64,000 nt of DNA from Zancudomyces culisetae HAW-14-8 (lineage: Eukaryota > Fungi > Kickxellomycota), in contig JBNJNM010000013.1 of assembly GCA_052426225.1 (NCBI GenBank), forward strand, positions 124,001-188,000, written 5' to 3'. The notes beneath the pieces are model-generated. The model saw only the letters and a list, made by a program, of their open reading frames with translations. It was not told where the DNA came from and searched no databases. Below, one piece after another: positions 24,847-36,546 of this stretch (position 1 is its first letter; each line of letters opens with the position of its first letter). The position numbers and the translations under genes are program-made.

Positions 24847-25690
24847 ATGGCGGATATAGTTCACGATTATTGCCCGGTTTACGCACCATTTTTTGGCGCT
24901 ATGGGATGTGTAGCAGCATCGGTGTTTACTTGTAAGTTTTTAAATTTATTAAATCGCGTCTCCCACAAAGATAATCAACCATTGTAAAAAATAATAAAGG
25001 AGGTGAGTATATCTAATCTTGAACATAATTAACAAAAATATAGGCTTCGGAGCTGCATATGGAACAGCAAAATCAGGCGTTGGGCTGTCAGCGATGGGTA
25101 TTCTGAGACCAGATTTGGTCATTAGAAACATTGTTCCAATAGTTATGGCGGGTATTATTGGTATCTACGGATTGGTGGTAGCCGTGCTAATTTCAGATAA
25201 TCGTAATCCCTTTCTTACTTTTTTAACATTATCTTTGCCATTATCATTTACTTTACTAATATTCCTACAAACTAATACATATTCAACTACTCTAATCAAC
25301 CATTTTCTAAACCTATAGTTAAGCAAAAGATGGCATTATATACGTAAGATTTTTATTTCTTTTTTTAAGCATACTTCCCTACAAAGTACCATTTCGAGCA
25401 CACATAACTAAATTTTTGGCTTAATCATTTTTATGTTATTCTTTCAAACACATAGTGGCTTTGTTCAATTGGCGGCAGGCTTGTCTGTGGGTTTATGTGG
25501 TATGGCGGCCGGGTTTGCCATTGGAATTGTTGGTGATTCTGGTGTTAGAGCTGTTGCCCAACAACCTAGGCTTTTCGTTAGTATGATTCTAGTATTCATT
25601 TTTGCCGAAGTTTTGGCCTTGTACGGTTTAATTACTGGTTTGATTCTGAATACTAAAGCTGCTGGTGGTGATGTTAGTTGCCCAGTATAA
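24847..25690 (+). CDS. VMA3: V-ATPase 16-kDa proteolipid subunit c; exons 24847-24931, 25044-25202, 25319-25343, 25456-25690
   Basis: [56 protein letters not shown] and [12 protein letters not shown] (essential Glu). A 25-nt exon supplies LKQKMALYT. Confidence 0.96.
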
Positions 25691-25847
25691 TCTCTTTATC
25701 ATGTTTCTTTTTTAAGAAAAAAAATATACATACGACTATTCAAATAAAGCTTTTTTTATATTACTCGAACTACTTTATTATACACCAAAGCACATACAAA
25801 TACACATACAAGGTATAAAGTATGATAAAAGGCGCGTCGGAGCGGTC

Positions 25848-27074
25848 CTAATGTTTGAATTTACAATTTGCGCCACTTGAACAGAATCCTTTTGCATAAT
25901 GCACACAGGGAGTTGCGCTCAAATCGTGTGAAAATGGACACAGTTTCCCCTTGCTACAGCTCCCACTCAGAACATATTTGCATAGTTCAAGTGGCCTTTT
26001 ACTTGTCTCCGGCCCGTTTTTATTATGAGGTCGTGGTCTGTCTTGGCCTTTCTTATCTATTTGGCCCATAGTTTTCCCCTTGTTTTCAGTGTTTTTCGGT
26101 TTATTTTTCGTCGTATTGTTTTTCTTCTCCTTCCTTTTCCTCCTAGCATTGGCATTTTTCTTTATCGATACGGTTTCAACCCTGTCAAGGTACAAAATCT
26201 CATCATTATTGAGATAGGATTCAGTGTTAGTTCCTAAACCATAATCGCCATATCCTATCCGTTCTATCTCACTAATTTTCTCTAGGTTTCCCACAGCTGC
26301 ACTGTTGTTAACTTTGCCATGTGTTGATTCATTAATTTTATTATCTCCAGTCACCCCAACAACGCCTTTATGCAAACTCACGCCTTTTTCTCGCTCACTG
26401 TTCTCAAAAAAAATGGCATCATGGGTGTGTTTATTGGTTTCCTCAACATTTTCCTCAACATTTTTCTCAGCTCTTTCGAGTGTCTCTGGATTTTTATTAA
26501 CTTGATTTTCCTTTTTTTTAACTCCTCGAACAAGAGAGCGTAACAATTCAAGTGCATCCTTTTTTCCTGGCTGGGTTATAGTTCCTAATTGTTCAACACC
26601 ATATTGCTCCTCTGTTTTGGTATCTTGTCTATCTTTATTTTTCTCCACCTTTTTTATGACTAATTCTTCCCCTTCATTGATGTCGCTTTTCTGTCCCTGT
26701 TCATTCTGATCGCCTTTCTCGATACTACCCCTACTTTCATCGTTAATCACACCTATCTCTCGTTCTATGCTTCTTGAGCTCATCTCCACTTTCACCTTTG
26801 CTGTGGTGAGCTCCTCTTTTCGCTGTTTATGACTTTTAAGGATTTTACACTGCTTCACATTTTCTTGTTGTTCTGCCATATTGGGCATACATCCCTCAGT
26901 ATTGTTATATTTATTTATGACTAGTATATCGTTTTGATCCTTTCCTAACGCCCTTTTCACCCCCGATCTTGAAGGTTGATCCAGATTAACTGCGCCGGTT
27001 TCTTGAACTGATTTAAACCAGTTGAACCTTTGGTAATACATCTTTTGGCAGGTACTGGCTGATTTTTCTCTCAT
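25848..27074 (-). CDS. Mostly disordered protein with two C-terminal CCCH zinc fingers
   Basis: CKYVLSGSCSKGKLCPFSH and CVHYAKGFCSSGANCKFKH at the C-terminus. Confidence 0.85.
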   Translation of the reverse strand: MREKSASTCQKMYYQRFNWFKSVQETGAVNLDQPSRSGVKRALGKDQNDILVINKYNNTEGCMPNMAEQQENVKQCKILKSHKQRKEELTTAKVKVEMSSRSIEREIGVINDESRGSIEKGDQNEQGQKSDINEGEELVIKKVEKNKDRQDTKTEEQYGVEQLGTITQPGKKDALELLRSLVRGVKKKENQVNKNPETLERAEKNVEENVEETNKHTHDAIFFENSEREKGVSLHKGVVGVTGDNKINESTHGKVNNSAAVGNLEKISEIERIGYGDYGLGTNTESYLNNDEILYLDRVETVSIKKNANARRKRKEKKNNTTKNKPKNTENKGKTMGQIDKKGQDRPRPHNKNGPETSKRPLELCKYVLSGSCSKGKLCPFSHDLSATPCVHYAKGFCSSGANCKFKH

Positions 27075-27755
27075 TTTACCATCACTTTCGGTTTGCTTAA
27101 TATTTTTTCCTGGAAATCCTCGAGTTATTTATTGTAGTAGGGTTCGTTATCTATTCAAGATCTGCTATATTATAAATGCACTGTAAGCTACTTTTGTGGA
27201 AAGCTATTGAGCATATAAAAAAAATCGACTATAAGTTTAGTGTTCAGCCATTTACATATACATACATATTCTTTTTTTTAAAAAAAAAAAGCCTAAATCA
27301 AGGAAATGTGTAACTCGTTCCTCAAATTAGCCAACGAATTAAAAAGCACACCCAAATAAACCGAAAAAAATATACTTTGGTTTGCACCAACCCGATTTAG
27401 ACTGCAGTTACCACAAAGCTGAGATTCTACAAGAGCTCTACCAACTCGCACACTCCTTCCTCTAAGCTTGGTTACCACCAAAATATACGGATAAAACAGA
27501 AAAGGCATAGAAGGTAACCACCAAACCCTGTGCAAGCGTATATAATGTATTTACACCTTTCCACATGATTTGGTGATCATGATTGTGAATGTGCTAGCTT
27601 TGCTGTCTGATTCTTAAATTATGGGTATATTTATACAATAGCAGAAAAACGTTCAATTTTCTCTCAAATATTAATGAAAATAAAAGCGTTCATAGCATAT
27701 TCATAGCAAAGAGAAGGCAAAGTAAACATTATAATAAGTAAACGCGCTGCTTAAT

Positions 27756-28229
27756 TTATTCCTTTTTAAGCAGATGTCTGTTTGCTTCAAGTGAATCATT
27801 TTGGAATCCTACTATCTGCACAACTCGTATTTCATGTTTTTCGAGAAAGCCTACACAAGTATCATTTACTACAAAGTTTTCTGGCTCAGGAGTCCCAAAA
27901 TATACTGTTTCTACATTTCCATACTCGACAATTCTCTCAGCGCAAGTTTTATTTCCAGATAATCTCTTTGTGCATGGAATCATCGTGGTATATAACTTAA
28001 TTCTTGGACGAGAACCATGAAGCTTGTTAAGTGCATTCTCTTCTGCATGTGTGTTTCCTTCAATCTCCCTCGAGTACCCGGTTGTTAGGACCTTGTTTGT
28101 CAATGCATCCACGATTACACAGCCGACGTTAAATGCTGTTTCGACATTTTCACATTTTTTCGCTTCCTGCAGCGCCACTTCAAAAAATCTTATATCCTCA
28201 TCGGTAATTTCCAGTTTAGCATCACTCAT
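27756..28229 (-). CDS. RIB2: Stand-alone cytidine-deaminase-family enzyme, Rib2-type diaminohydroxyphosphoribosylaminopyrimidine (DRAP) deaminase (riboflavin synthesis)
   Basis: TAFNVGCVIV, TGYSREIEGNTHAEENAL, LYTTMIPCTKRLSGNKTC (HAE...PCxxxxxxxxC) and EPENFV. The yeast pseudouridine-synthase domain is absent. Confidence 0.85.
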   Translation of the reverse strand: MSDAKLEITDEDIRFFEVALQEAKKCENVETAFNVGCVIVDALTNKVLTTGYSREIEGNTHAEENALNKLHGSRPRIKLYTTMIPCTKRLSGNKTCAERIVEYGNVETVYFGTPEPENFVVNDTCVGFLEKHEIRVVQIVGFQNDSLEANRHLLKKE

Positions 28230-29704
28230 CTTGCTTATACTTGTTTCTAATGCCTTTATTTTAGTCTGAGCTTTAATTCAACAACAAATTGTAGTAACCC
28301 AAAAAGGGACAAAAATAATATCCGACTTCCTCTTTTATTATTGCAATTAAAAAAAACCACGTACACCAATTACAGGGGCAAACGGAATAGATTATTATGT
28401 TTACTTTTATTTTTTTATTTTTTGTAGATTTGATTCTAAATTGGTGATATAATCATACTTTCCATTAAGTGGCTTGGTACCAACGAAATCAAATATACAT
28501 AAGCATGTAATACAAGTTTAGTAACAGTTGTTGGGTCTTAATTTACACCTTAATTCTGTACCTGATTTTCTATCATAAACTCCTAACTAGCTCTCTACTA
28601 AACAGCGGGTCATCCCTTTTCCATTTTCATACATGTTCTCACTTTTATCTCCATTTAGAGATTTATAAAATCTACATTGATTATAATGACCGTGAATTAC
28701 TGTTGTTGGGTAGACATTAGCAGGTCTTTTACGAGAAAAAAAGATGAATCATGGAATTACATGGCACAGCTTCCTTATTACGTAGCTCCAATAATTAAAG
28801 CTCTGCTCATTATGGGGAATGGCTACACGTTTCAGGTTTAGACGTGAAGTTGCCTGCACTATTTTTCGCTTTAGCAATTGAAAACACGTTTACACTATTG
28901 AGTATATAAATAACCTTTATACCCTTTTCATTTAATCCTCAATTAGGAAATCTTACTTAAAACACTGTTAATGATATTTTCTATAAATAAGCGATGTATA
29001 AAATCGCTAAAAATAATCAAAATAATTATTATTGTAAACGATCACATCAGAGTGTTCTTAGCACCCACCCGATTATGATAGTGTATTCGAGAGGTGAAAG
29101 CAAGAAAACAGCCAATGATAATACCGGGGTGTTATGTAGCTTACCCACAGGAAAATACGGACCTAATGCTGTCTTGACTATCCACAACTTCAGCATCAAC
29201 ACCACGCTCAATCTGGCAACCCCGTCGTCTATTTTTTATTAAAACTATTGGACATAGTTATGTTATGATTATATAAACTGTACGTATAAACTAATGTAAA
29301 ATCTAAAAATAGATGGTACTATTTATATAAAATTGCCATTACACCTCAGTTAGAAATTATAGCCTAATAAAAAAAAATCAATGGCAAAATTTTTTTTTCA
29401 TCTGGTCGTTTGTAATATACATAATCTGGTTTCCCTTTATTCGAAAGCAAAATACACATAGAAATTTATTTATCCCTATATATAAAAAAGTAGTTCATAC
29501 AAATACTTTTGACAGCTTTAAACTTTAAAAGCCTAGAACTGTACATTTTTAGGCTTACATCATATCAAGGCAAATTCAGCATACAACGTTTCATGAGCAA
29601 TATTTCATACACTCAATAATTTCTAACTATCTAGCATTAGCTCTATGGTACAATCAATCAACGAAATAAATAAAAAACAAAGTTACAATAAACATCATAA
29701 AGTC

Positions 29705-32700
29705 ATGAATATCAAAAATACGACAAGAGTAGTGGCAGCATTGTTGCTTACGGTTTCAAATGTTGCTGGACTCAATCTGAATAACCCCGTATTAACGCAA
29801 GTTGTTGGCACAGTAGATGCACCATTCTATGCTACCTATAGCCAACTCTCCAAAATAAAGAACCAATGTACTAACGACTGGGTTGTTCTACTGAATCATG
29901 GCGGTTGTGCTGATGATATATTCTTTTCAATGGGATATTCAAACAGTGAATACCCCAAGACAGAAGCTATCCTTGGACTGATAAGCAATACAACGCAAAT
30001 AAAATATCAAGCTAGTAGCGATTTTAGAAATGATGTATTGACATCCACATACGAGGCTATAGTTTCAGCGTCAACCGCAAGTACCCGCGATGATGGTATG
30101 TACATTTATTGGAACCAAGGCGCCGTCTCAGTAGGTTATGGCGCACCTTCTGACGACCTTTCGACTCAAATAATTCAACTCGGCAGAGTCAGTAGCGATT
30201 ATGTCAGTCAGTTTTATATTACAACATGGATGCAAAAATGTAGCAACATTAGTATACAGCAATACTGTGTAGACGATAAAAAACCAGCAACCTCGTCAAC
30301 GAGCTCAACATTATCCACCAGCTCCACATCATCAACCAGTTCAAATAGCTCTACGATCTCAACTAGCACAACTCCATCAACTAGCTCAATCAGCTCCACT
30401 AGTTCAACATCATCGGTCTCATCAACTAGCACAACCAGCTCAACTAGCACACCTAACACAATCAGGTCAGTCAGCTCAACCAGCTCCACCCCATCAACTA
30501 GCTCAACCAACTCAACACCATCAACCAGCTCAACCCCATCAACCAGCTCAGCTTCATCAACCAGCTCCACTTCATCAACTTCATCAACCAGCTCAACACC
30601 ATCAACCAGCTCAACTCCATCAACCAGCTCAACCAGCTCAACCCCATCAACCAGCTCAACCCCATCAACCAGCTCAACACCATCAACCAGTTCAACTAGC
30701 TCAACCAGCACAACTTCATCAACCAACTCAACCAGCACAACTTCATCAACCAGCTCAACACCATCAACCAGCTCCATCCCATCAACCAGCTCAACTTCAT
30801 CAACCAGCTCAACTCCATCAACCAGCTCCATCCCATCAACCAGCTCAACCCCATCAACCAGCTCAACCCCATCAACCAGCTCAGCTTCATCAACCAGCTC
30901 CACTTCATCAACTTCATCAACCAGCTCAACTCCATCAACCAGCTCAACTAGCTCAACCAGCACAACTTCATCAACCAGCACAACTTCATCAACCAGCACA
31001 ACTTCATCAACCAGCTCAACTAGCTCAACCAGCTCAACACCATCAACACCATCAACCCCATCAACCAGCTCAACCCCATCAACCAGCTCCACCCCATCAA
31101 CCAGCTCAACCCCATCAACCAGCTCAACCCCATCAACCAGCTCAACACCATCAACTAGCTCCACCCCATCAACCAGCTCAACCAGCTCAACACCATCAAC
31201 TAGCTCAACCAGCTCAACCAGCTCAACCCCATCAACCAGCTCCACCCCATCAACCAGCTCAACCCCATCAACCAGCTCAACACCATCAACTAGCTCCACC
31301 CCATCAACCAGCTCAACCAGCTCAACACCATCAACTAGCTCAACCAGCTCAACCAGCTCAACCAGCTCAACCAGCTCAACCCCATCAACCAGCTCAACAC
31401 CATCAACACCATCAACCCCATCAACCAGCTCAACCCCATCAACCAGCTCAACACCATCAACCAGCTCAACACCATCAACCAGCTCAACTAGCTCAACCAG
31501 CACAACTTCATCAACCAACTCAACCAGCTCAACTTCATCAACCAGCTCAACACCATCAACCAGCTCCATCCCATCAACCAGCTCAACTTCATCAACCAGC
31601 TCAACTCCATCAACCAGCTCCATCCCATCAACCAGCTCAACCCCATCAACCAGCTCCATCCCATCAACCAGCTCAACCCCATCAACCAGCTCAGCTTCAT
31701 CAACCAGCTCCACTTCATCAACTTCATCAACCAGCTCAACTCCATCAACCAGCTCAACTAGCTCAACCAGCACAACTTCATCAACCAGCACAACTTCATC
31801 AACCAGCACAACTTCATCAACCAGCTCAACTAGCTCAACCAGCTCCGCCCCATCAACCAGTTCAACCAGCACAACTTCATCAACCAGCTCAACCAGCTCA
31901 ACTTCATCAACCAGTTCAACATCATCAACACCATCAACCAGTTCAACCAGTTCAACCCCATCAACCAGTTCAACTAGCTCAACCAGCTCCGCCCCATCAA
32001 CCAGTTCAACCAGCACAACTTCATCAACCAGCTCAACCAGCTCAACTTCATCAACCAGTTCAACATCATCAACACCATCAACCAGTTCAACCAGTTCAAC
32101 CCCATCAACCAGTTCAACTAGCTCAACCAGCTCCGCCCCATCAACCAGTTCAACCAGCACAACTTCATCAACCAGCACAACTAGCTCAACCTCATCGACT
32201 AGTCCAACCAGCTCTCCACAAACTCCTCCATGCACATACATTGTAAATCCGGTAACTATCACGGATACAACTACGAATACTGCAACACCAGTTTACCAAT
32301 GGGACAGCCCAGTGGAGATTAAATGTCCATCTTCGCAGTTCAGGGTTTCATTTTCATTGAATAAGTCCGAAGACATATATTTTGTTCTCGCGACGAGCTC
32401 AAATGGTAGTGTTAACACAAACAACTTGTCTGGTTCTATTGGTGCTCAAACAAAAACTTGGGGTATGAGAACGTCACAGAGGGTTTCATACTTGGCTTAT
32501 ATCAAAAAGGCATGGACAGATAAGGAATTTTTCATAGAATCGGATTCTGTTGGAATAAGAACAGGTTTTGACGGTGTAAACTTTGCTTCCAAGTTTACAA
32601 CTTCCCAATACAACTACAGCTACTACAACAGCGCGAATACTGTTTATTTAGCTATGGGCTCAACTGGGGCTAATGTCGTTGTACAAAACATCTCTATTCA

Positions 32701-32740
32701 ATGCAAATTGCCAAGCGAAACGTGTCCTAAATATTATTGA
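29705..32740 (+). CDS. Secreted mucin-like protein: signal peptide, globular domain, ~640-aa Ser/Thr/Pro repeat, homologous globular domain
   Basis: Long intronless ORF. The likely start at ATG 29705 gives signal peptide MNIKNTTRVVAALLLTVSNVAG. There is no C-terminal TM or GPI signal. Confidence 0.88.
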   Translation: MNIKNTTRVVAALLLTVSNVAGLNLNNPVLTQVVGTVDAPFYATYSQLSKIKNQCTNDWVVLLNHGGCADDIFFSMGYSNSEYPKTEAILGLISNTTQIKYQASSDFRNDVLTSTYEAIVSASTASTRDDGMYIYWNQGAVSVGYGAPSDDLSTQIIQLGRVSSDYVSQFYITTWMQKCSNISIQQYCVDDKKPATSSTSSTLSTSSTSSTSSNSSTISTSTTPSTSSISSTSSTSSVSSTSTTSSTSTPNTIRSVSSTSSTPSTSSTNSTPSTSSTPSTSSASSTSSTSSTSSTSSTPSTSSTPSTSSTSSTPSTSSTPSTSSTPSTSSTSSTSTTSSTNSTSTTSSTSSTPSTSSIPSTSSTSSTSSTPSTSSIPSTSSTPSTSSTPSTSSASSTSSTSSTSSTSSTPSTSSTSSTSTTSSTSTTSSTSTTSSTSSTSSTSSTPSTPSTPSTSSTPSTSSTPSTSSTPSTSSTPSTSSTPSTSSTPSTSSTSSTPSTSSTSSTSSTPSTSSTPSTSSTPSTSSTPSTSSTPSTSSTSSTPSTSSTSSTSSTSSTSSTPSTSSTPSTPSTPSTSSTPSTSSTPSTSSTPSTSSTSSTSTTSSTNSTSSTSSTSSTPSTSSIPSTSSTSSTSSTPSTSSIPSTSSTPSTSSIPSTSSTPSTSSASSTSSTSSTSSTSSTPSTSSTSSTSTTSSTSTTSSTSTTSSTSSTSSTSSAPSTSSTSTTSSTSSTSSTSSTSSTSSTPSTSSTSSTPSTSSTSSTSSAPSTSSTSTTSSTSSTSSTSSTSSTSSTPSTSSTSSTPSTSSTSSTSSAPSTSSTSTTSSTSTTSSTSSTSPTSSPQTPPCTYIVNPVTITDTTTNTATPVYQWDSPVEIKCPSSQFRVSFSLNKSEDIYFVLATSSNGSVNTNNLSGSIGAQTKTWGMRTSQRVSYLAYIKKAWTDKEFFIESDSVGIRTGFDGVNFASKFTTSQYNYSYYNSANTVYLAMGSTGANVVVQNISIQCKLPSETCPKYY
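30290..32220 (+). repeat. Coding minisatellite of 9-nt units (TCAACCAGC/TCAACCCCA family) with higher-order block duplications
   Basis: STS/STP tripeptides. A 144-nt unit recurs at ~31842, 31986 and 32130, and larger blocks are duplicated between ~30.7-31.0 kb and ~31.5-31.8 kb. Confidence 0.97.
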
Positions 32741-33100
32741 TTATTGATTTTATGTTACGATTTTATTTACTTTCGTAACCCATACACTTCACAGCATTTC
32801 ATTTCAAATAATTTTTTGTTATAATTAGAATATAACATTAATTACAAAAGCAATTTTCTTTTTTTTGCAATTAGCTCTACAAATCCACTTAAATTGTGTT
32901 TTAAGGAAATTAGAATTAATTCTCATAATTTGATTTGTATTTTAGGGGGGGTGAGATAAAAAATTCATGAATTTAAGGGAGGGGGAGAGGGGCAAAAGTA
33001 ACTAATAAAAAAAAAGAAACTTTGCAACAATAAATCAATACCACGTCTTTTTTGGGCAACTGAATAAGACTTATAAACACGAACCAATACTGAAAAAGGG

Positions 33101-34439
33101 ATGGAAAAACAGGAAATCGTCGAAAAAGACACAGCAGGAATAAAATATAAAGGATGGGAGGTGAGGAGTGTACACAGGCCGATTCTCAACAGCAAAGAGC
33201 TCGATGAAATCGGAATATCCAAAGTTCCTGAACAGTTGTTCGGAAACAGCAAATTAGTAATTAGAAAAGAGAGTTCTGATGAAAAAGACAATACAAGTAA
33301 CTTTGTTCTAGAGCTGGATGTTATCGAGGCTTTGAAGCTGGTAGGCAAGGAAAACTCGCTGAAAGTTAAGATTAGTGAAGAATGGACACGATACAGTACA
33401 AGAAACAGCAGCGAAATAACGACAGTGGTGAACCCCTTTGACTGGACATTTACAACGGAATACTGTGGCGGGTTTTATAACTACAAAGGGGTAAGAAAAG
33501 AACTCATTTTATCAATAGAATGTGGAAAAATCAGGATATATATCAGGAAGGCCTTAGTATATGTATAATTGTGTTGCAGTTTTATTGGAGCTATTGTATA
33601 GGCAACTAGATATATAATGCTAAGTGCAATATTCATGGATAATGGTACTGATAATATAGGAAATAGAGAAGACAAGTATAGGGATTGATTATGAACAGCT
33701 CAAAAAACCAGAACCGTTGCTATTTTATGACGAGAATATCTTGTTTGAGGACGATTTAGGGGATAATGGGATATCACAGCTATCATACAAAGTTGTAAGT
33801 AGAGAATTCAGCTACTATATTGTGTTTACGGCAGGGCGACCCTGTCGCTTGATTAACGTAGAGCAAATGAAAAAAGGGGTGTGTGTTGGCACTGATATAA
33901 TAGGCAGGTGTTTTAACATAATAGAGGGTTATGCCGACAGGATTTTTCATATTGCAAAGATTTTTCTTGAGAGTCGATGGGGTGATACTACGAGTCTATG
34001 ACACAAGGATGCATCACAAGTTTGGCACAGATCATCTGATTCGAGAAGTGACTAGGCGAGAAACAAAATACAGAGATGCTTTGGAGGTAAACAATCCTTT
34101 ATAATATACAATAACCGGATGTTTCTGTGTGTCTGCCTTCTCCGGGACTATTTTTTCTTTTTTCTTTTTTCTTTTTGCGAGGGAAAGACGAATAGAGTGT
34201 GAAGGTTATCAGTTTAATGGTACACTTTTTAACTTTAAACGTAAACCAATAACCCAATGAAAAGTATGGACAAACCATAATAACTTTTGTATCGTTCGTT
34301 TCCACTATAGAGAATTAAAGCAGCCAGAGACATGGGCAAAAATGAGGATTTATCAATATTAAACAGCTCAGATTATGTACTTGGTTTTATGGATCCACCA
34401 AAATTTATAGAAAACCGTATTATATACTTTTTAAAATAA
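33101..34439 (+). CDS. TIP41: TIP41-like PP2A/TOR pathway regulator; 4 exons (~33101-33490, 33665-33794, 33926-34087, 34311-34439)
   Basis: PEQLFGNS, VVNPFDWTFTTEYCG, IDYEQLKKPEPLLFYDENILFEDDLGDNG and RVMPTGFFILQRFFLRVDGVILRVYDTR. Confidence 0.93.
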
Positions 34440-34537
34440 ACTGCTAAATGACTGCAGGTAGTGGCGAGGCAGACTGTTTTTTTAAAAAAAAAGGTGTAAT
34501 GAAGAAAACAAGTGTACATCAAGGATACACATGGGTG

Positions 34538-36546
34538 CTAAATTTTAGGGAGGTTGATACTACCCGGTTTTAAAGGCTCGGAAAGTCTTATTTGATATTC
34601 GCCGTTTTTAGTGATGTAGCGAACCCAGGGAAGAGCTTGGTACCCAGATTTTTCAACAATTTTTAGGTATCGAACCTGGATGCCTGATGTAGTAAAGTAG
34701 GGAATATCAAACTTTACAGAAATGGGGGGCCTTTTTTCTGGGATATCTTCACGAATACTTGGCAAACCAAAATGTGCTCTTGCGATGGCCTCCTTTGAGC
34801 CCTGGAACTGTTTTATCTTCCAAACAAATGCGTTCAGTTCTGGGGCATAGCTAACACTTCCGATTGAGCTCTGTATTATGATTATATAGTTAGTTGATTA
34901 CCCGAATGAATAACTTGTTATGTTAATAAAAAAAATATCCCAGTACATATGAATATGGAGGCTCGAGAAAGAAAGGAAACAAAAGAAAAGGAAAATTGCA
35001 AATACCTTGAATTTTGGCGAATCTACGTCCTCGGGAACCGGGACAATGATTTCCACATTATTTGCAGTGGATCTCTGCTTGAACTGGGTTTTGGCTCTGA
35101 TCATATATTCTACTCTTCCACGATGTGTTTCAACAATCGATTCGCAAAGAATCAACGGCTTGATTTGCATCCCCAGTCGGTAGCTCATCAACTCAAATTC
35201 ACCATCGGGAGGTATAAACGATATTGTACGGTCAGTTTCAAATCTTGTAAGCCGAACACACTGGTGGAACTTCACATCCTCCATCTCCACAGATTTCCCC
35301 CTGGTAGCTATTTAATTAGTCCGCGATTGGCATTAGATAAGCCCTAAAATATGTATTTTTGTAATTAAAAAGGAAAAAAAAGCTTACTCTTTCCGCTGTT
35401 TTCAAACATGGTTTTATCATTAAGCCCTAGCCGGAGTTCTGGCATTCCACTTAAGTATACCTTCATTTTGATAACCCCATTTATGTCTCCACTTAGCACA
35501 GTTCCTGTTGGACTTATCTATTTTATGTACCCAAGCATCGATTTGATATTCATTTTGCCCTTGCTCGACTTTAATCTATGGCTGTTGGTATAAAACGAAC
35601 ATGAATGTATATGTCATTTACCAGCATATTTATTGATTCTATTATGTCTAGAAACACCTCGTTTTTCCGGTAAAATATCCCATCAGGCCTCCATGATATT
35701 ACATTTGTGGCTGCAGAGGGCGGTCGTAACTGTAATTCCAGGATATGACTCTCTTGCGTTATGTACCTACGTTACATTTTTTTTAGATAATTAAACTCTA
35801 ATCTCCACATACCCTATCTAACTGCCGCCTACAAGCCATCTGTTTAGTTTCATTACTTTCTCAGCAATCCTGAAACAAAATCAAAAGAACAAAAGCTATA
35901 AATACCGCCTCTATCAGAGCTGCACACTTACTCTTGAAGAATCTTGGTTTCTGTCAACTGGGGAATTCCATAGTCCATCATTTCATCCAATAACTCATAA
36001 ATTATCACAAAATTATCACGAATTGATTCCTCCTCAAGATTTTTGAAGTAATCCGTAAACACCTAAAAGAAATGTCAACAATTTAATACTTTGTTTGTAA
36101 AAGTTCAGGGAAGCATAGAATTTTCTTTTTCTTACCTGCGAAAGTTGTGTGAGAAACTGCATCACCGTCATACAATTCGTGTCCTTTTTCGTTAGTGCCA
36201 CCACTAACAATAATACAACAGTAAAGCGTTAAAGAGCAACTTATAGAGTAACAGTAAACGATAGAGGCCATTGGATTTGCTCAAAAAAGTCCATTTTGTT
36301 TATTCGCAACGCATATCTATAATCCCTTTATATAAAATCAGACTTACAATAAATATTTGTTTGCCGAATGTACAGATAAATCACTCCATTATGTGTTAGT
36401 ATTGGCTGTGTTGTTCCTTCTGTCTCTTCTTTGTGCTGCATGAGTGTCATAAAATGATCAATCGCCGACATTGGAATATCACCTCTATAATCTCGGGCAA
36501 TCAATGGCTTTCCCTTGTTATCCAGGATAAATACAGAGGAAGCCAT
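34538..36546 (-). CDS. APM1: AP-1 adaptor complex mu subunit, multi-exon
   Basis: MASSVFILDNKGKPLIARDYRGDI, LEEESIRDNFVIIYELLDEMMDYG, DVKFHQCVRL, ISFIPPDGEFELMSYR and SGIQVRYLKIVEKSGYQALPWVRYIT. Confidence 0.96.

Noticed and set aside
30214-32262. 682-aa V/E/L/D-rich antisense ORF and the short W/L/M-rich ORFs
   Set aside because: These are shadows of the 9-nt S/T repeat on the opposite strand and begin and end with the repeat.
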